Shown: positions 1 to 10,229 of the stretch, one piece after another
Position numbering within the stretch: position 1 is the stretch's first letter
How the letters are laid out: every line of letters starts with the position of its first letter
From: an uncultured delta proteobacterium
GTDB taxonomy: Bacteria; Desulfobacterota; Desulfomonilia; UBA1062
Length of the DNA stretch: 64,000 nucleotides
Direction: 5' to 3'
Assembly: GCA_963785235.1 (NCBI GenBank)
Contig: CAWAUM010000007.1
Coordinates: forward strand, 32,001-96,000
Notes under the pieces: model-generated
The model's database searches: none
What the model was told of the DNA's origin: nothing
What the model saw: the letters and a program-made list of their open reading frames with translations, nothing else
Program-made: the position numbers and the translations under genes

Positions 1-231
1 CTCACCAGGGCCTTTTTTTTCCGTTTTCTGCCGAGAGAGGAGATGTGCGCCCAGTTTGACCATGAGATCAGCTCACTTGATGAGCAGCTTGAGGACCTTG
101 AACAGATACGCCATGATGTTGAAGATCGCAACGATGATGACGGAAAGTTTATCTTTTCCACCATAGTCAGCATGATTCAGATGCTCAAAGACAGGTACAC
201 AAAGGAGCTCGAGAAGAGAAAAGGGGCGTAA
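1..231 (+). CDS. 3' end of a protein truncated by the window edge, possibly a PadR-like regulator C-terminal helical region
   Basis: Frame is open from base 1 (LTRAFFFRFL...ELEKRKGA*). The family guess rests on the helical pattern only. Confidence 0.35.
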   Translation, partial: LTRAFFFRFLPREEMCAQFDHEISSLDEQLEDLEQIRHDVEDRNDDDGKFIFSTIVSMIQMLKDRYTKELEKRKGA

Positions 232-303
232 TGTCCCCTCAAAAAAAGCTGAGGATTTCAGTACTCAGGGAAGAAAGTACGGTCAACCAGAGGAGGCGCA
301 TCA

Positions 304-1749
304 ATGAATACGTTTTTCAACCCTACATCTATAGTTGTAGTGGGGGCATCAAATTCACCATTCAATCTCGGTGCAACGATATGCAGGTCTCTCAATGAAT
401 TCTCACCATTCAGCGCACCGGTCTATGCAGTAAACAGAAAAGGTGAAGATGTCTACGGCTGCCCCGGTCATACGTCTGTCATGGATGTTCCTGGTAACCC
501 GACCTTGCGGTGATTATTACCCCGGCCCAGGTGGTACCGGGATTTGTCAAGCAGTGCGGAGAAAAGGGGATCAGGCATATTGTCATCGAGAGCTCGGGAT
601 TCTCAGAGGGCGGAGAGATGGGCAAGATCCTCCAGCGGGAGATTGATGATATCAGACATGCCTATGGTATGCGCATCATGGGCCCCAACTGTCTGGGTGT
701 TCTCAATACAGAGAATAAGTTCTGCTGCTTCTATGGCGTCCAGAAGGATAACTTCGACACCTTTATCCAGGAATCAGGCGAGATATCGTATATTATCCAG
801 AGCGGAGGGATCGTCGTGATCGTGCTGGAATCCTTCATGAGTGATGTGGTCAAGGCCGCAAAGATCGTGAGTATCGGCAACAAGAGCGATATCGACGAGT
901 CGGACATGATCGAATATTTCAATACCGATGATAAGACCAAGGTTATCTGCATGTATATGGAAAACATCAAGGATGGCAGAAAGTTCATCGAGGTTGCAAG
1001 GAAAGTGACTAAAGCCCATCCTTGTCTTCAAGGTGGGCAGGACGTCAGAGGGCGTTCGTGCCGCACAGTCTCACACCGCCGGTATGGCGAACAATGACCT
1101 CATCTTCGAGAACGCCTGCAAACAGGCCGGTGTCATCCGGGTCAATTCCATTTCTGAGCTGCATTCCATGCCCAAGATCTTCACCCATATGCCGCCTCTG
1201 AAGGGCAAGAGAATAGCCATGTTTACAAACTCAGGCGCCTTCGGCGGCATCACGGCGGATCTGCTCATTCAGTCAGGACTCGAGATGGCCAAGCTTTCTC
1301 CTGAGACCCAGGAAAGGCTTTCAAGGACCGGCCAGATTTTCAATGTGACGAACCCCATTGATCTCGGCCCCGCTCTGTCCATGCAGACCTTCCTGGAGAT
1401 CTTCGACATCCTGCTTTCATCCGATGAAGTGGACGGACTCCTGCCTGTACCGAGTCTATGGCATCCAATGGTTATCGAGGCAATCATGGAACTTGTCAAG
1501 AAATGCCATGAGTATGGCAAACCTGCAGCCATCTACACACCGAACGCAGCAGATAAAACCATAGCCTACCGGGGTAAGTACAATGTCCCTCTGTTCGAAT
1601 CCCCTGAAGAGGCGGTCAGGGCATTAGCTGTCTCAAATCGTCAATACAACTACCAGCTGATGAAGGAGGAAATGTTCAGTAGGACTTATTATAAGACCCG
1701 TCTCAGCCAGAGTGGTGATGCCTATGGGGATTTTGCTGAAGGTGCTTGA
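304..1749 (+). CDS. Acyl-CoA synthetase (NDP-forming) / CoA-binding protein, split by two frameshifts
   Basis: FFNPTSIVVVGAS, GPNCLG, SIGNKSDIDE, SHTAG and NPIDL motifs lie across ORFs 304-513, 510-1097 and 1033-1749. Indels at about 498-500 and 1011-1013. Confidence 0.85.
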
Positions 1750-1780
1750 CAGGTATCAGTGATTCGAAGGTTCAGGACAT

Positions 1781-2729
1781 TCATCCATAATCGATCACTG
1801 CAAAGTATTCCTCGATCCTCTGAGCAATAAGGCCGGGCTTGTCCAGGAGACATGCCTCCATACGGAAATGCGCGGCGCCGTGCAGTCCTTTGACATAGGA
1901 TGAGAGGAACTTCCTCATATGACGCACACCCGATTTTGCCCCATGACAGGCACAGAGCATGTCAAGGTGAGAGAGCATGAGTTCCTTGTGTTCATTCAAT
2001 GGAAAGCGAAGGGCCGCCTGCAAGCTCGCGGAAGATCCACGGTCTGCCGATTGCCCCCCTGCCGATCATGAAGGCGTCTGCACCCATGCCCTTGAGCATG
2101 TTCACATCATCTGTTGTGCGGATATCCCCGCTGGCTATAACAGGGATCATGATGCGGTTTTTCACCTCCTGGAGAACCTCCCACCTGGGAATGCCCCGGT
2201 ACATGTCAGAGCGCGTTCTGGGGTGAAGTATGATGGAATCTGCGCCCGCATATTCCAGGGCCTCGGCCAGGGCAGGGGCATTCAGAGAGTCTGCATCCCA
2301 TCCGGAGCGCATCTTGATGCTTACCGGGATATTGACACGCCTGATCACGGTCTCTGCCAGGCGGACAGCAAGATCCGGGTCGGTCATAAGGGCCACGCCT
2401 GCACCCTTTGATACTACCTTCTTTACCGGGCAGCCCATGTTAATGTCGATGCCATCAAAGCCCTGGTCCTCGATCATGTGAGCCGCCTGAGCCGCCTCTT
2501 CGGGCGAATTGGTGAAGATCTGGGCAACCAGGGGCGTATCTTCGGGCGGTCTCTTCAGGATTGCCCCTGTGTTTTGCGTGTTCCGGATAAGGCCTGCAGC
2601 ACTGATCATCTCGGTATAGCACAGCTCTGCCCCGTATTCCCTGCAAAGCATCCTCATGGGCCAGCTCGAGTATCCCGAAAGCGGGGCAAGGAAGAGTCCT
2701 TTGTCGAAATTGAGTTTGTATGCCCTCAT
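1781..2729 (-). CDS. dusB: tRNA-dihydrouridine synthase, frameshifted near the C-terminus
   Basis: LAPLSG, DINMGCP and GRGAIGRPWIF motifs. The C-terminal MRKFLSSY part is in ORF 1781-2023 after an indel at about 1995. Confidence 0.88.
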
Positions 2730-2732
2730 GTC

Positions 2733-3644
2733 TCAGCCGACCATACAGCCCTGGGTTATTCCGGAAGAGACCAGGTCCTCATGGATGGCCTGGCGCACCT
2801 TGCCCTTGTCCAATGCCCATTTCGGTTCAACGAGCTCATCAGCATGCGGGTCGCCGGTGATGCGCTGTATTACGATGTCTTCACGGAGATGGGCGATGAA
2901 TTGCGCCACGGCCCGGGCGTATTCTTTCTGGGACAAAGGTGTATATTCGCCACTTTGATACATTGCCTCAAGAGGTGTGCCTTTGACCACATAGAGCAGG
3001 TGGATCTTGATGTCGGTAATGGGCAGCGAGGATATGGTTCGTGCTGTAGAAACATAGTCATCCATTCCTTCTCCGGGAAGCCCGATAATGACATGGGCGC
3101 ACTGGCGCACCTTGAAGTGTGAGGTAAGGGTGACTGCATCAATGAATGTCTTCACATCGTGACCCCGGTTGATGCGCAAGAGCGTGTCATCGTTGCCTGA
3201 CTGGAGTCCGTATTCCATCCAGATGAGGCGCCCAGGGGTGTATGATTCGATGAGCCTGAGCTTGTCTTGGTCTATACAGTCAGGACGGGTCCCGATAGCA
3301 AGGCCCTTGATCTCGGGATAGGGGAGAATGGTATCAAAAATGGATTTCAGTTCATCCAGAGGTGCATGGGTGTTGGAAAATGACTGGAAATAGGCGATAA
3401 AGGCCTGGGCCTTGTAACGCCTCTTCATGGCCTGCATCTGCTCCTCGATCTGTTCCTTAAGGCTGATGCCACGGCCAAGCGCGCCGGTTCCGGAGCCTTG
3501 GGCATTGCAGTAAATGCAACCGCCTCTCTTGAACGAGTCGCGGTGCGGGCAGGTCAGGCCCGCGTCGAGGGTGATCTTCTGTACACGGACGCCGAAGCGT
3601 TCACGAAGAATGGTGTTGAGCGTCTTGTACGGGAGCCCTGTCAT
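2733..3644 (-). CDS. TIGR01212/YhcC-family radical SAM protein
   Basis: DAGLTCPHRD...GGCIYC, YFQSFSNT, IGTRPDC and RINRGH motifs. Confidence 0.9.
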   Translation of the reverse strand: MTGLPYKTLNTILRERFGVRVQKITLDAGLTCPHRDSFKRGGCIYCNAQGSGTGALGRGISLKEQIEEQMQAMKRRYKAQAFIAYFQSFSNTHAPLDELKSIFDTILPYPEIKGLAIGTRPDCIDQDKLRLIESYTPGRLIWMEYGLQSGNDDTLLRINRGHDVKTFIDAVTLTSHFKVRQCAHVIIGLPGEGMDDYVSTARTISSLPITDIKIHLLYVVKGTPLEAMYQSGEYTPLSQKEYARAVAQFIAHLREDIVIQRITGDPHADELVEPKWALDKGKVRQAIHEDLVSSGITQGCMVG

Positions 3645-3682
3645 TTAAGAAAAAAGGGAAGTCAAAACTCCCGAGCTTAAGC

Positions 3683-4753
3683 TCATACTTTGAGCCCGAT
3701 CATGATGTCCTGCAGGGCCTTGTTGATAGGAACGCCCTCTTTCTTGCGGCGCTCGATCATCTCGAATTCCTTCTCGCCTGCAAGGAAGATCCTGTCCTGG
3801 CCGGGGACCTTGGCGGAAGCCCTTATCTCGCGCATGATGGAGCCGGTAATCATCTTGAAGACCTTAACAGGAACGAAGCTCTCGATGTTGATGGCGACAA
3901 AGAAGTGCCCGAGCCGGTGGGGGACGCTTTTCTCACCGTCAAGACCGGTCAGGTCCTTGCCGAAGCTTCCGCCGGAGAAGGCCGCGCAGAGGATTTCCAC
4001 CATGACACCCAGGCCGTAGCCCTTGTGCCCCCCGAGTTCTTCGCCTGCTCCGCCTAATGGCAGCAGCGATGCAGTGCCGTCAACGAACAGCTTCAGCAGT
4101 GCATTGCTGTCCGTCGGCTCGTTGCCGTTCATATCAATGGTGAGGCCTTTCGGTGTTGGCTTGCCCTCACGGGCATAGACCTCTATCTTGCCGCGCTGGG
4201 TGGTTGACGTGGCGATATCCAGCAGGAAGGGATATGCTTCATCACAGGGCGCGCCGAAACTGATGGGGTTTGTCCCGATCATCGGCTCCACGCCATAGGT
4301 GGGCGCCACAGAAGGCCGCGCATTGGAAAAGGCAAGACCTACCATGTTGTTCTTGACAGCCATGGTAGGATAGTAGCCGGTAATGCCGAAGTGGGTGCTG
4401 TTTTTTACCGCAACTATGCCTATGTTATTTTTCCTGGCCTTGTCGATGGCGAGCTGCATGGCGTTGTAAGCCACTATGTGGCCCAGAGAGTCACCCCCGT
4501 CAATGAGCGCGGTATTATCGGTTTCCTTGATAATGGTCTGCCGGTCGACCGGGCTGATGATGCCGTCCTTCATGCGGTCCACATACATCTTGAACCTTCC
4601 GATGCCGTGGGATTCGACACCCCTTAAATCCGACTCAATGAGAACGGTTGCACAGATCTGGGCATCCGCCTCGGGGACGCCAAGGGCGATAAAGCCTTCT
4701 TTCATGAATCGTTCCAGTTCCTGATGATCAACATAAATCAAGTCTGATGACAT
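3683..4753 (-). CDS. Ldh_2 (malate/L-lactate/sulfolactate dehydrogenase) family oxidoreductase
   Basis: DLRGVESHG, NSTHFG, GTNPI and GGHKGYGL motifs. Confidence 0.9.
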   Translation of the reverse strand: MSSDLIYVDHQELERFMKEGFIALGVPEADAQICATVLIESDLRGVESHGIGRFKMYVDRMKDGIISPVDRQTIIKETDNTALIDGGDSLGHIVAYNAMQLAIDKARKNNIGIVAVKNSTHFGITGYYPTMAVKNNMVGLAFSNARPSVAPTYGVEPMIGTNPISFGAPCDEAYPFLLDIATSTTQRGKIEVYAREGKPTPKGLTIDMNGNEPTDSNALLKLFVDGTASLLPLGGAGEELGGHKGYGLGVMVEILCAAFSGGSFGKDLTGLDGEKSVPHRLGHFFVAINIESFVPVKVFKMITGSIMREIRASAKVPGQDRIFLAGEKEFEMIERRKKEGVPINKALQDIMIGLKV

Positions 4754-4879
4754 ACTGATTTTCCCTTTTTCTTTAGATGGTATTATAGCTCAGCGGGTTT
4801 CTTACCAGATCACTCTCTTTTCGGAAAGGGTAAAATCATTCGCAGGCATGGAGTGATGGATCACTGGGGGTCTTGAAGG

Positions 4880-5809
4880 TCAAGCGATATCGCTCAGATG
4901 CGCCTTTGCCGTTTCCATGAACAGCAGGTGCTGAGGCAGGGCGGTGAACTGTTTCCTGCGGATCATAAAGAAGGACCGCTTGATCTTCGGGCCTGCCAGG
5001 GGGACACGGACAAGGATGCCCTGGGTGAGCTCGCGCCTCACCGCATGGATGGAAAGCACGGAAATACCGAGACCTGCGATGACTGATTCTTTTACCGCCT
5101 CTGTGGAGCCCATTTCGCTCACAATCTGAAAATTTAGAAGCATGGTTTCATGCTGATCTTTAAGAAATTCATCAAATACAGACATGGTGCCTGATCCCTT
5201 TTCCCTGATAATAAACGGTTCCTGTGCCAGCTCGGAGATACTCACCCCGGAAGAGGCCTCCCAGGGATGGCCTTTGCAGGCGATGAGAATAAGCTCATCG
5301 TTCCAGACAGGCTCGGACAGCAGCCTTTTATCGTGAACCGGTTTTCCTATGAACCCGATCTCCGCATGACCGTCAATCACCATGTGGATGACACTGTCAC
5401 TGTCCCCTGGAGATAAATGGACCCTGATTTCCGGGTATGTTTTTTTCAGCGAGGTGAGGACCGTGGGGAGTAGGTAGGTAGCAGGTATGGTGCTGGCGCT
5501 GGTAAAGATGAGGCCCGAGGCAGTATCTTTTGCCAGCATGATCTTGTCGCGGGCCTCGTCCCTGAGCCGCAATATCCTCTTGGCGTACCCATAGAGGATG
5601 GTGCCTTCGGAAGTGAGGCTGATGCCGGACTTGGTCCGGTTGATGAGCCGGCACGAGGTGAAGTCCTCAAGGTTTTTGATATGCTTGCTCAGAGAAGGCT
5701 GGGTAAGCAGCATCTTGCGGGCAGCCCTGGAGAAGCTCCGCTCCTCAACAAGACACACCATTGCATCCAACTGCTGGAGTGTGATGTGTCTGAACTGGTC
5801 GGTATTCAT
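4880..5809 (-). CDS. LysR-family regulator, selenium-metabolism-associated type, divergent from selD
   Basis: SFSRAARKMLLTQPSLSKHIKNLE HTH, ASTIP and REKGSGT motifs; adjacent to selD. Confidence 0.88.
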   Translation of the reverse strand: MNTDQFRHITLQQLDAMVCLVEERSFSRAARKMLLTQPSLSKHIKNLEDFTSCRLINRTKSGISLTSEGTILYGYAKRILRLRDEARDKIMLAKDTASGLIFTSASTIPATYLLPTVLTSLKKTYPEIRVHLSPGDSDSVIHMVIDGHAEIGFIGKPVHDKRLLSEPVWNDELILIACKGHPWEASSGVSISELAQEPFIIREKGSGTMSVFDEFLKDQHETMLLNFQIVSEMGSTEAVKESVIAGLGISVLSIHAVRRELTQGILVRVPLAGPKIKRSFFMIRRKQFTALPQHLLFMETAKAHLSDIA

Positions 5810-5968
5810 GATTCTGCATCATACCTTGGGTATTTTGGGGTATCAATGGAAACATTTCTTATTTTGAGTTATAGATGGTTGAGAAACAGGCACTCGGCGG
5901 GCTTCAGGCATGGATCGAGGGAGTATCTCCTTTGACGAGCGCATAGCGCCTGTGAAAATGGAGAGAAA

Positions 5969-7015
5969 ATGGACAAAAAGGTGAAACTTACCACTACCGT
6001 CCACGGCGCTGGTTGAGCCTGCAAGCTCGGTCCGGAGTTTCTGGACAAGGCATTGCGCTCGATAGCGGTCATGCATGACCCGAACCTGATCGTCGGCATG
6101 GACAGGCCCGATGACGCGGGGGTGTACAGGATCGCCCGGGATCTGGCACTGATCCTTACCCTGGATTTTTTTACCCCCATCGTGGACGATCCTTATGATT
6201 TCGGCCAGATCGCGGTGGCCAATGCCTTAAGCGATGTCTATGCCATGGGAGGCAGGCCGCTGCTTGCCATGAATATTATATGTTTCCCTGAGAAGACTAT
6301 GGATATTACAATTTTGCAGGAGATCTTACGGGGGGGCTCAGACAAGATGGTCGAGGCCGGTGTCCTGCTGGTGGGAGGACACAGCGTGGACGATCCTGAG
6401 ATCAAATACGGCCTGTCCGTTACCGGCACAGTCCACCCGGACAAGGTCCTGAAAAATACCGGGGGCATACCGGGTGATGCGGTCATCCTCACCAAGCCAT
6501 TGGGGTGCGGGATTATCAGCACTGCCATCAAGGCGGACATGGCAACCACGGCAGCCGAGGAAAAGGCCGTCCGATCAATGAAGACCCTCAATGGAAAGGC
6601 TGCCAAGATCATGGAGGGATTTACGGTCCATGCCTGCACGGATGTAACCGGCTTCGGCCTGCTGGGCCATGCATGCGAAATGATAGAGGGCACTGATGTG
6701 GGCCTGAAAATCCATGCATCGCAGGTGCATGTCTTTCCTGAGGCACTGGAATATGCCCGCATGGGGTTGATCCCAGGGGGGGCATACCGGAACAGGGAAT
6801 TCAGGGCTAAGATGGTGGATATTCAACAAGGCATCAGTGATGAGCTTGCAATAACACTTTTCGACCCGCAGACCTCAGGCGGCCTGCTCATCGTACTGCC
6901 CGGCAATGATGCCGAAAAGCTTGTCTTACAGCTTAGAGAAGGCGGTGTTGAAGAGGCAGCAATTATCGGCGAGATCACTGATGCCCATCCGGGAAGGATT
7001 GTAGTTGAAAAGTGA
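5969..7015 (+). CDS. selD: Selenide, water dikinase (selenophosphate synthetase); selenoprotein with in-frame UGA at 6014-6016
   Basis: ATG at 5969 reads MDKKVKLTTTVHGAG-UGA-ACKLGPEFL, in frame with ORF 6053-7015 (DDAGVY, DFFTPIVDDP, DVTGFGL, DPQTSGGLL). Confidence 0.93.
6017..6051 (+). promoter_or_regulatory. Putative bacterial SECIS hairpin directly 3' of the selD UGA
   Basis: Upper stem GTCCGGA-GTT-TCTGGAC with basal GCCT/AGGC pairing, immediately downstream of the UGA. Confidence 0.6.
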
Positions 7016-7127
7016 CCGGCTACTAATCACTGTTCACTCTTCTCATGTATGTCTTCTTGTAATTATCCTGGTTTGTGATTAAATAGACCTGTTAAAGAAA
7101 CCAATAATTATCTGAGGGGGAATGTAT

Positions 7128-7925
7128 ATGAAGAAAGGATTATTGACTGTTCTCTTAATGGCAGCGCTGGCCTTTGTGTTCACGAACACCGTATTTGCAG
7201 CTGACGACGGTTCATGGGACAGGGTAAAGAAAGAGGGCAAGCTTACGATCGGTATTGATGATGCCTTCCCGCCGATGGAGTTCCGCAACGACAAGAATGA
7301 GCTTGTGGGCTTTGACATTGATGCATCAAAGGAGCTTGCGAAGAGGCTCGGTATCAAGGTTGAGCATATCCCCACCGTATGGGACACCGTTATCTTGTCG
7401 CTCAAGTCCAAGAAGTTCGACATCATCTGGTCCGGCATGTCCATTACTGCAGAACGTGAAAAAGAGATCGCCTTCACCAAGGCCTATATCATGGAGAAGC
7501 AGGTCATCGTGGTAAAGAAGGGCAATAAGAAGATCAAGGGACTAAAGGACCTCACCGAGGCAACCATTGTGGGGGTACAGCTCGGCTCAACCTCGGAAGA
7601 AGCCCTTAAGAAGCTGAACAAGAAGTTCAAGGAGATCAAAAAGTACGACAAGAACACCGATGCCTTCATGGACCTGAAGATCGGCAGGATCGACGCCTTG
7701 GCAGTAGATGAGCTGGTCGGCCGGTACTACCTCTCCCAGAAGCCCGGCGAATACTCTGTCATCAAGGAAGAGCTTCTCTCAGAGCCCATCGGCATAGGCA
7801 TGAGAAAAGAGGATGTCGCGTTAAAGGAAAAGATCCAGAAGACCTTGGAAGGCATGTTCAAGGATGGCACCATGAAGAAGATATCCATCAAGTGGTTCGG
7901 GGATGACATCACTTCCTGGAAATAA
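7128..7925 (+). CDS. Polar amino acid ABC transporter substrate-binding protein
   Basis: Signal peptide; FPPMEF, GFDID, KFDII and GVQLGST motifs. Confidence 0.92.
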   Translation: MKKGLLTVLLMAALAFVFTNTVFAADDGSWDRVKKEGKLTIGIDDAFPPMEFRNDKNELVGFDIDASKELAKRLGIKVEHIPTVWDTVILSLKSKKFDIIWSGMSITAEREKEIAFTKAYIMEKQVIVVKKGNKKIKGLKDLTEATIVGVQLGSTSEEALKKLNKKFKEIKKYDKNTDAFMDLKIGRIDALAVDELVGRYYLSQKPGEYSVIKEELLSEPIGIGMRKEDVALKEKIQKTLEGMFKDGTMKKISIKWFGDDITSWK

Positions 7926-8964
7926 GACCATAACCATTCTCAGGCACAGCGCGTTCTTCGGCGCGCTGTGCCTTTTGTATCTCATTACCCTCTTATTCTG
8001 TAATACTGCAGCGTATGCTGCTGCAGGGCCGGATCCGTCCGCACTTTTGGCCAAGGGAATGCAGCTGATCCAGGAAGACAGGGGCGATGAAGCTGTAGTG
8101 TTATTCAAGAAGGTCCCGACGCCGGCCCCTGGTGAAGATGCAGGGCCATTCGTACGATCACGGGTGGAGGCGGCAAAGATCCTCTTCAGCAAAAAGGATT
8201 ATTCAGGAAGCTCGGTAATGTGTCATGAGATCCTTGCATTGCTGCCGGATAACCTCGAGGCCAACAATCTCCTTGCCGAGATTCAGGCAACCCAGACCCC
8301 TGAATGGCTCCGCTTCCTCAAGGACATGAGAAAATTTCTCCCCACCCTGGCGAAGGCCACCATCATGACCTTGCTCCTTGTCTTCATCACCATGATAATA
8401 TCGCCTATTGGCGGTCTCTTCATAGCCCTTGGCAGGATCAGCCGCATCAAGGTACTTTCGTCCTTTTTCTGGTGCTTTATCTGGATTTTCAGGGGCACTC
8501 CGCTTCTCCTGCAGCTTTTCTTTATCTACTACGCACTGCCGTCCTTAGGCATTACCTTAAAACCTTTTACCGCTGCCGTGCTCGGCCTGGGCCTGAATTA
8601 CTCGGCCTACTTGGCTGAGATCATGCGCGGGGCTATTGAAAGCATCGACTCCGGCCAGATGGAGGCTGCCAAGGCCATTGGGATGAGCTATTGGCAGGCC
8701 ATGCGGCGGATCATCATACCCCAGACCTACAAACGCCTCGTACCGCCGGTAGGCAATGAATTCATCGCACTTATCAAGGACACCGCATTGGTATCCACCA
8801 TTGCCATGGTGGAGCTCATGAGGGCTGCAAACCAGATTTTCAGCGCTACGTTCAATGTGTATATTCTTATCGAGGCAGCCTTTATCTATCTCATTCTCAC
8901 GAGTATCTTCACCGTATCCTTCAGAAAGATTGAGGACCGACTGGGGGTATATGAAATCCGATGA
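7903..8964 (+). CDS. Amino acid ABC transporter permease with an N-terminal TPR-like extension (start uncertain)
   Basis: C-terminal half has FRGTPLLLQL, SAYLAEIMRG, GQMEAA and IKDTAL. N-terminal half is a hydrophobic segment plus TPR-like helices. Confidence 0.85.
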   Translation: MTSLPGNKTITILRHSAFFGALCLLYLITLLFCNTAAYAAAGPDPSALLAKGMQLIQEDRGDEAVVLFKKVPTPAPGEDAGPFVRSRVEAAKILFSKKDYSGSSVMCHEILALLPDNLEANNLLAEIQATQTPEWLRFLKDMRKFLPTLAKATIMTLLLVFITMIISPIGGLFIALGRISRIKVLSSFFWCFIWIFRGTPLLLQLFFIYYALPSLGITLKPFTAAVLGLGLNYSAYLAEIMRGAIESIDSGQMEAAKAIGMSYWQAMRRIIIPQTYKRLVPPVGNEFIALIKDTALVSTIAMVELMRAANQIFSATFNVYILIEAAFIYLILTSIFTVSFRKIEDRLGVYEIR

Positions 8965-9719
8965 TTGAACTGCAGGGGGTTCTCAAACGCTTCGGTAGTT
9001 TTACTGCCGTGGATCATGTAGATCTTACTATCAATGAAGGCGAGAGGATCGTCATCATCGGGCCGTCAGGATCAGGTAAGACCACCTTGCTCAGGATGAT
9101 TAACTTTCTTGCAAAGATCGATGAGGGCAGAATCCTTCTGGACGGTATGGAGGTCGGTTACCGGCGCGACAAAAAGGGAAGGCTCATTCTGGAAAAACCC
9201 GAGGTGATCTGCAAGCTGCGATCAGAAATAGGCATGGTATTCCAGCATTTTCACCTCTTTCCCCACATGACAGCGCTGCAAAATGTCATGGAAGGGCCTG
9301 TAACGGTAAAAAGGATGCCAAGAGAAGAGGCCAGGGATATTGCCCTTGATATCCTGGGTAAGGTCGGGCTGCTTGACAAGAAAGATGTCTTTCCTGCCTT
9401 TCTTTCGGGCGGACAGAAACAGCGCGTGGCCATTGCCAGGGCACTGGCTATGAAACCCAGGCTCATGCTCTTTGATGAGCCCACTTCAGCCCTGGATCCG
9501 GAGCTGGTGGGCGAGGTCTTCGGGACGATCAAAGCCTTGGCTGCTGAAGGCATGACCATGGTGATCGTCACCCATCAGATGGGATTTGCCCGGGAGATGG
9601 CTGACCGGGTGATCTTTATGGATAACGGTGCCTTTATCTTTGACGGGCCCCCTTGTGAGGTGTTTTCAGAGAATATGGACAACCCCAGGGTCAAGTCCTT
9701 TATGGAAAAGGTACTGTAG
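8961..9719 (+). CDS. Amino acid ABC transporter ATP-binding protein
   Basis: GPSGSGKT, LSGGQKQRVAIARAL and DEPTSALDPE motifs. Confidence 0.95.
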   Translation: MIELQGVLKRFGSFTAVDHVDLTINEGERIVIIGPSGSGKTTLLRMINFLAKIDEGRILLDGMEVGYRRDKKGRLILEKPEVICKLRSEIGMVFQHFHLFPHMTALQNVMEGPVTVKRMPREEARDIALDILGKVGLLDKKDVFPAFLSGGQKQRVAIARALAMKPRLMLFDEPTSALDPELVGEVFGTIKALAAEGMTMVIVTHQMGFAREMADRVIFMDNGAFIFDGPPCEVFSENMDNPRVKSFMEKVL

Positions 9720-9739
9720 ATATGTGTGGGTAGTCAACC

Positions 9740-10159
9740 TCACATAACCGACATGATCTTGGTGAGTCGTGTCAGAAGTATGGGGTGGAAGAACATGCCC
9801 TGGATCTTGAGGTCGCCATTCCATAGCTGCTTAAGCACATTCATGCCCGCCTCGTCGAAGTAGTAAGGAAGCCCGAACTTGATGTTGATGGCATTGAGCG
9901 AAATGATATTCTCCGAGCTGGAGTTAATGATGAGGTCGGGCTTGCCCAGGATACCCGGTTCGATCCGTAGCCGTCCGCCTGCGAAGATGAGCGTAACTGC
10001 TGCCTCTATGTCCGGCAGGTTCAGTGCCACTACACCGAACATGTTATTAAATGTAGCCATCTTTTTGGGTTTCTGCTGAAGATTGCCCGAGAGGAGATCT
10101 GCGATTACATAGGAAAAGGGCACCTCTTCGGCGCGGTTATCAACAATAGTTTCTGCCAT
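9740..10159 (-). CDS. SCP2-like (sterol carrier fold) small protein
   Basis: ATG at 10159 with GGAGG RBS. The TLIFAGGRLRI..PDLII and NGDLKIQG pattern is typical of SCP2-like folds. Confidence 0.6.
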   Translation of the reverse strand: MAETIVDNRAEEVPFSYVIADLLSGNLQQKPKKMATFNNMFGVVALNLPDIEAAVTLIFAGGRLRIEPGILGKPDLIINSSSENIISLNAINIKFGLPYYFDEAGMNVLKQLWNGDLKIQGMFFHPILLTRLTKIMSVM

Positions 10160-10191
10160 GATAAATCCCTCCTGGAAATGTAGAGTTGTAA

Positions 10192-10222
10192 AGGGAAGGG
10201 GGCTTTCATGCCTCCCTTCCCT
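10192..10222 (-). terminator. Intergenic GC-rich hairpin between ADH and the distal SCP2-like gene
   Basis: AGGGAAGGGGGC-TTTCAT-GCCTCCCTTCCCT inverted repeat. Confidence 0.5.
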
Positions 10223-10229
10223 GGAATCC

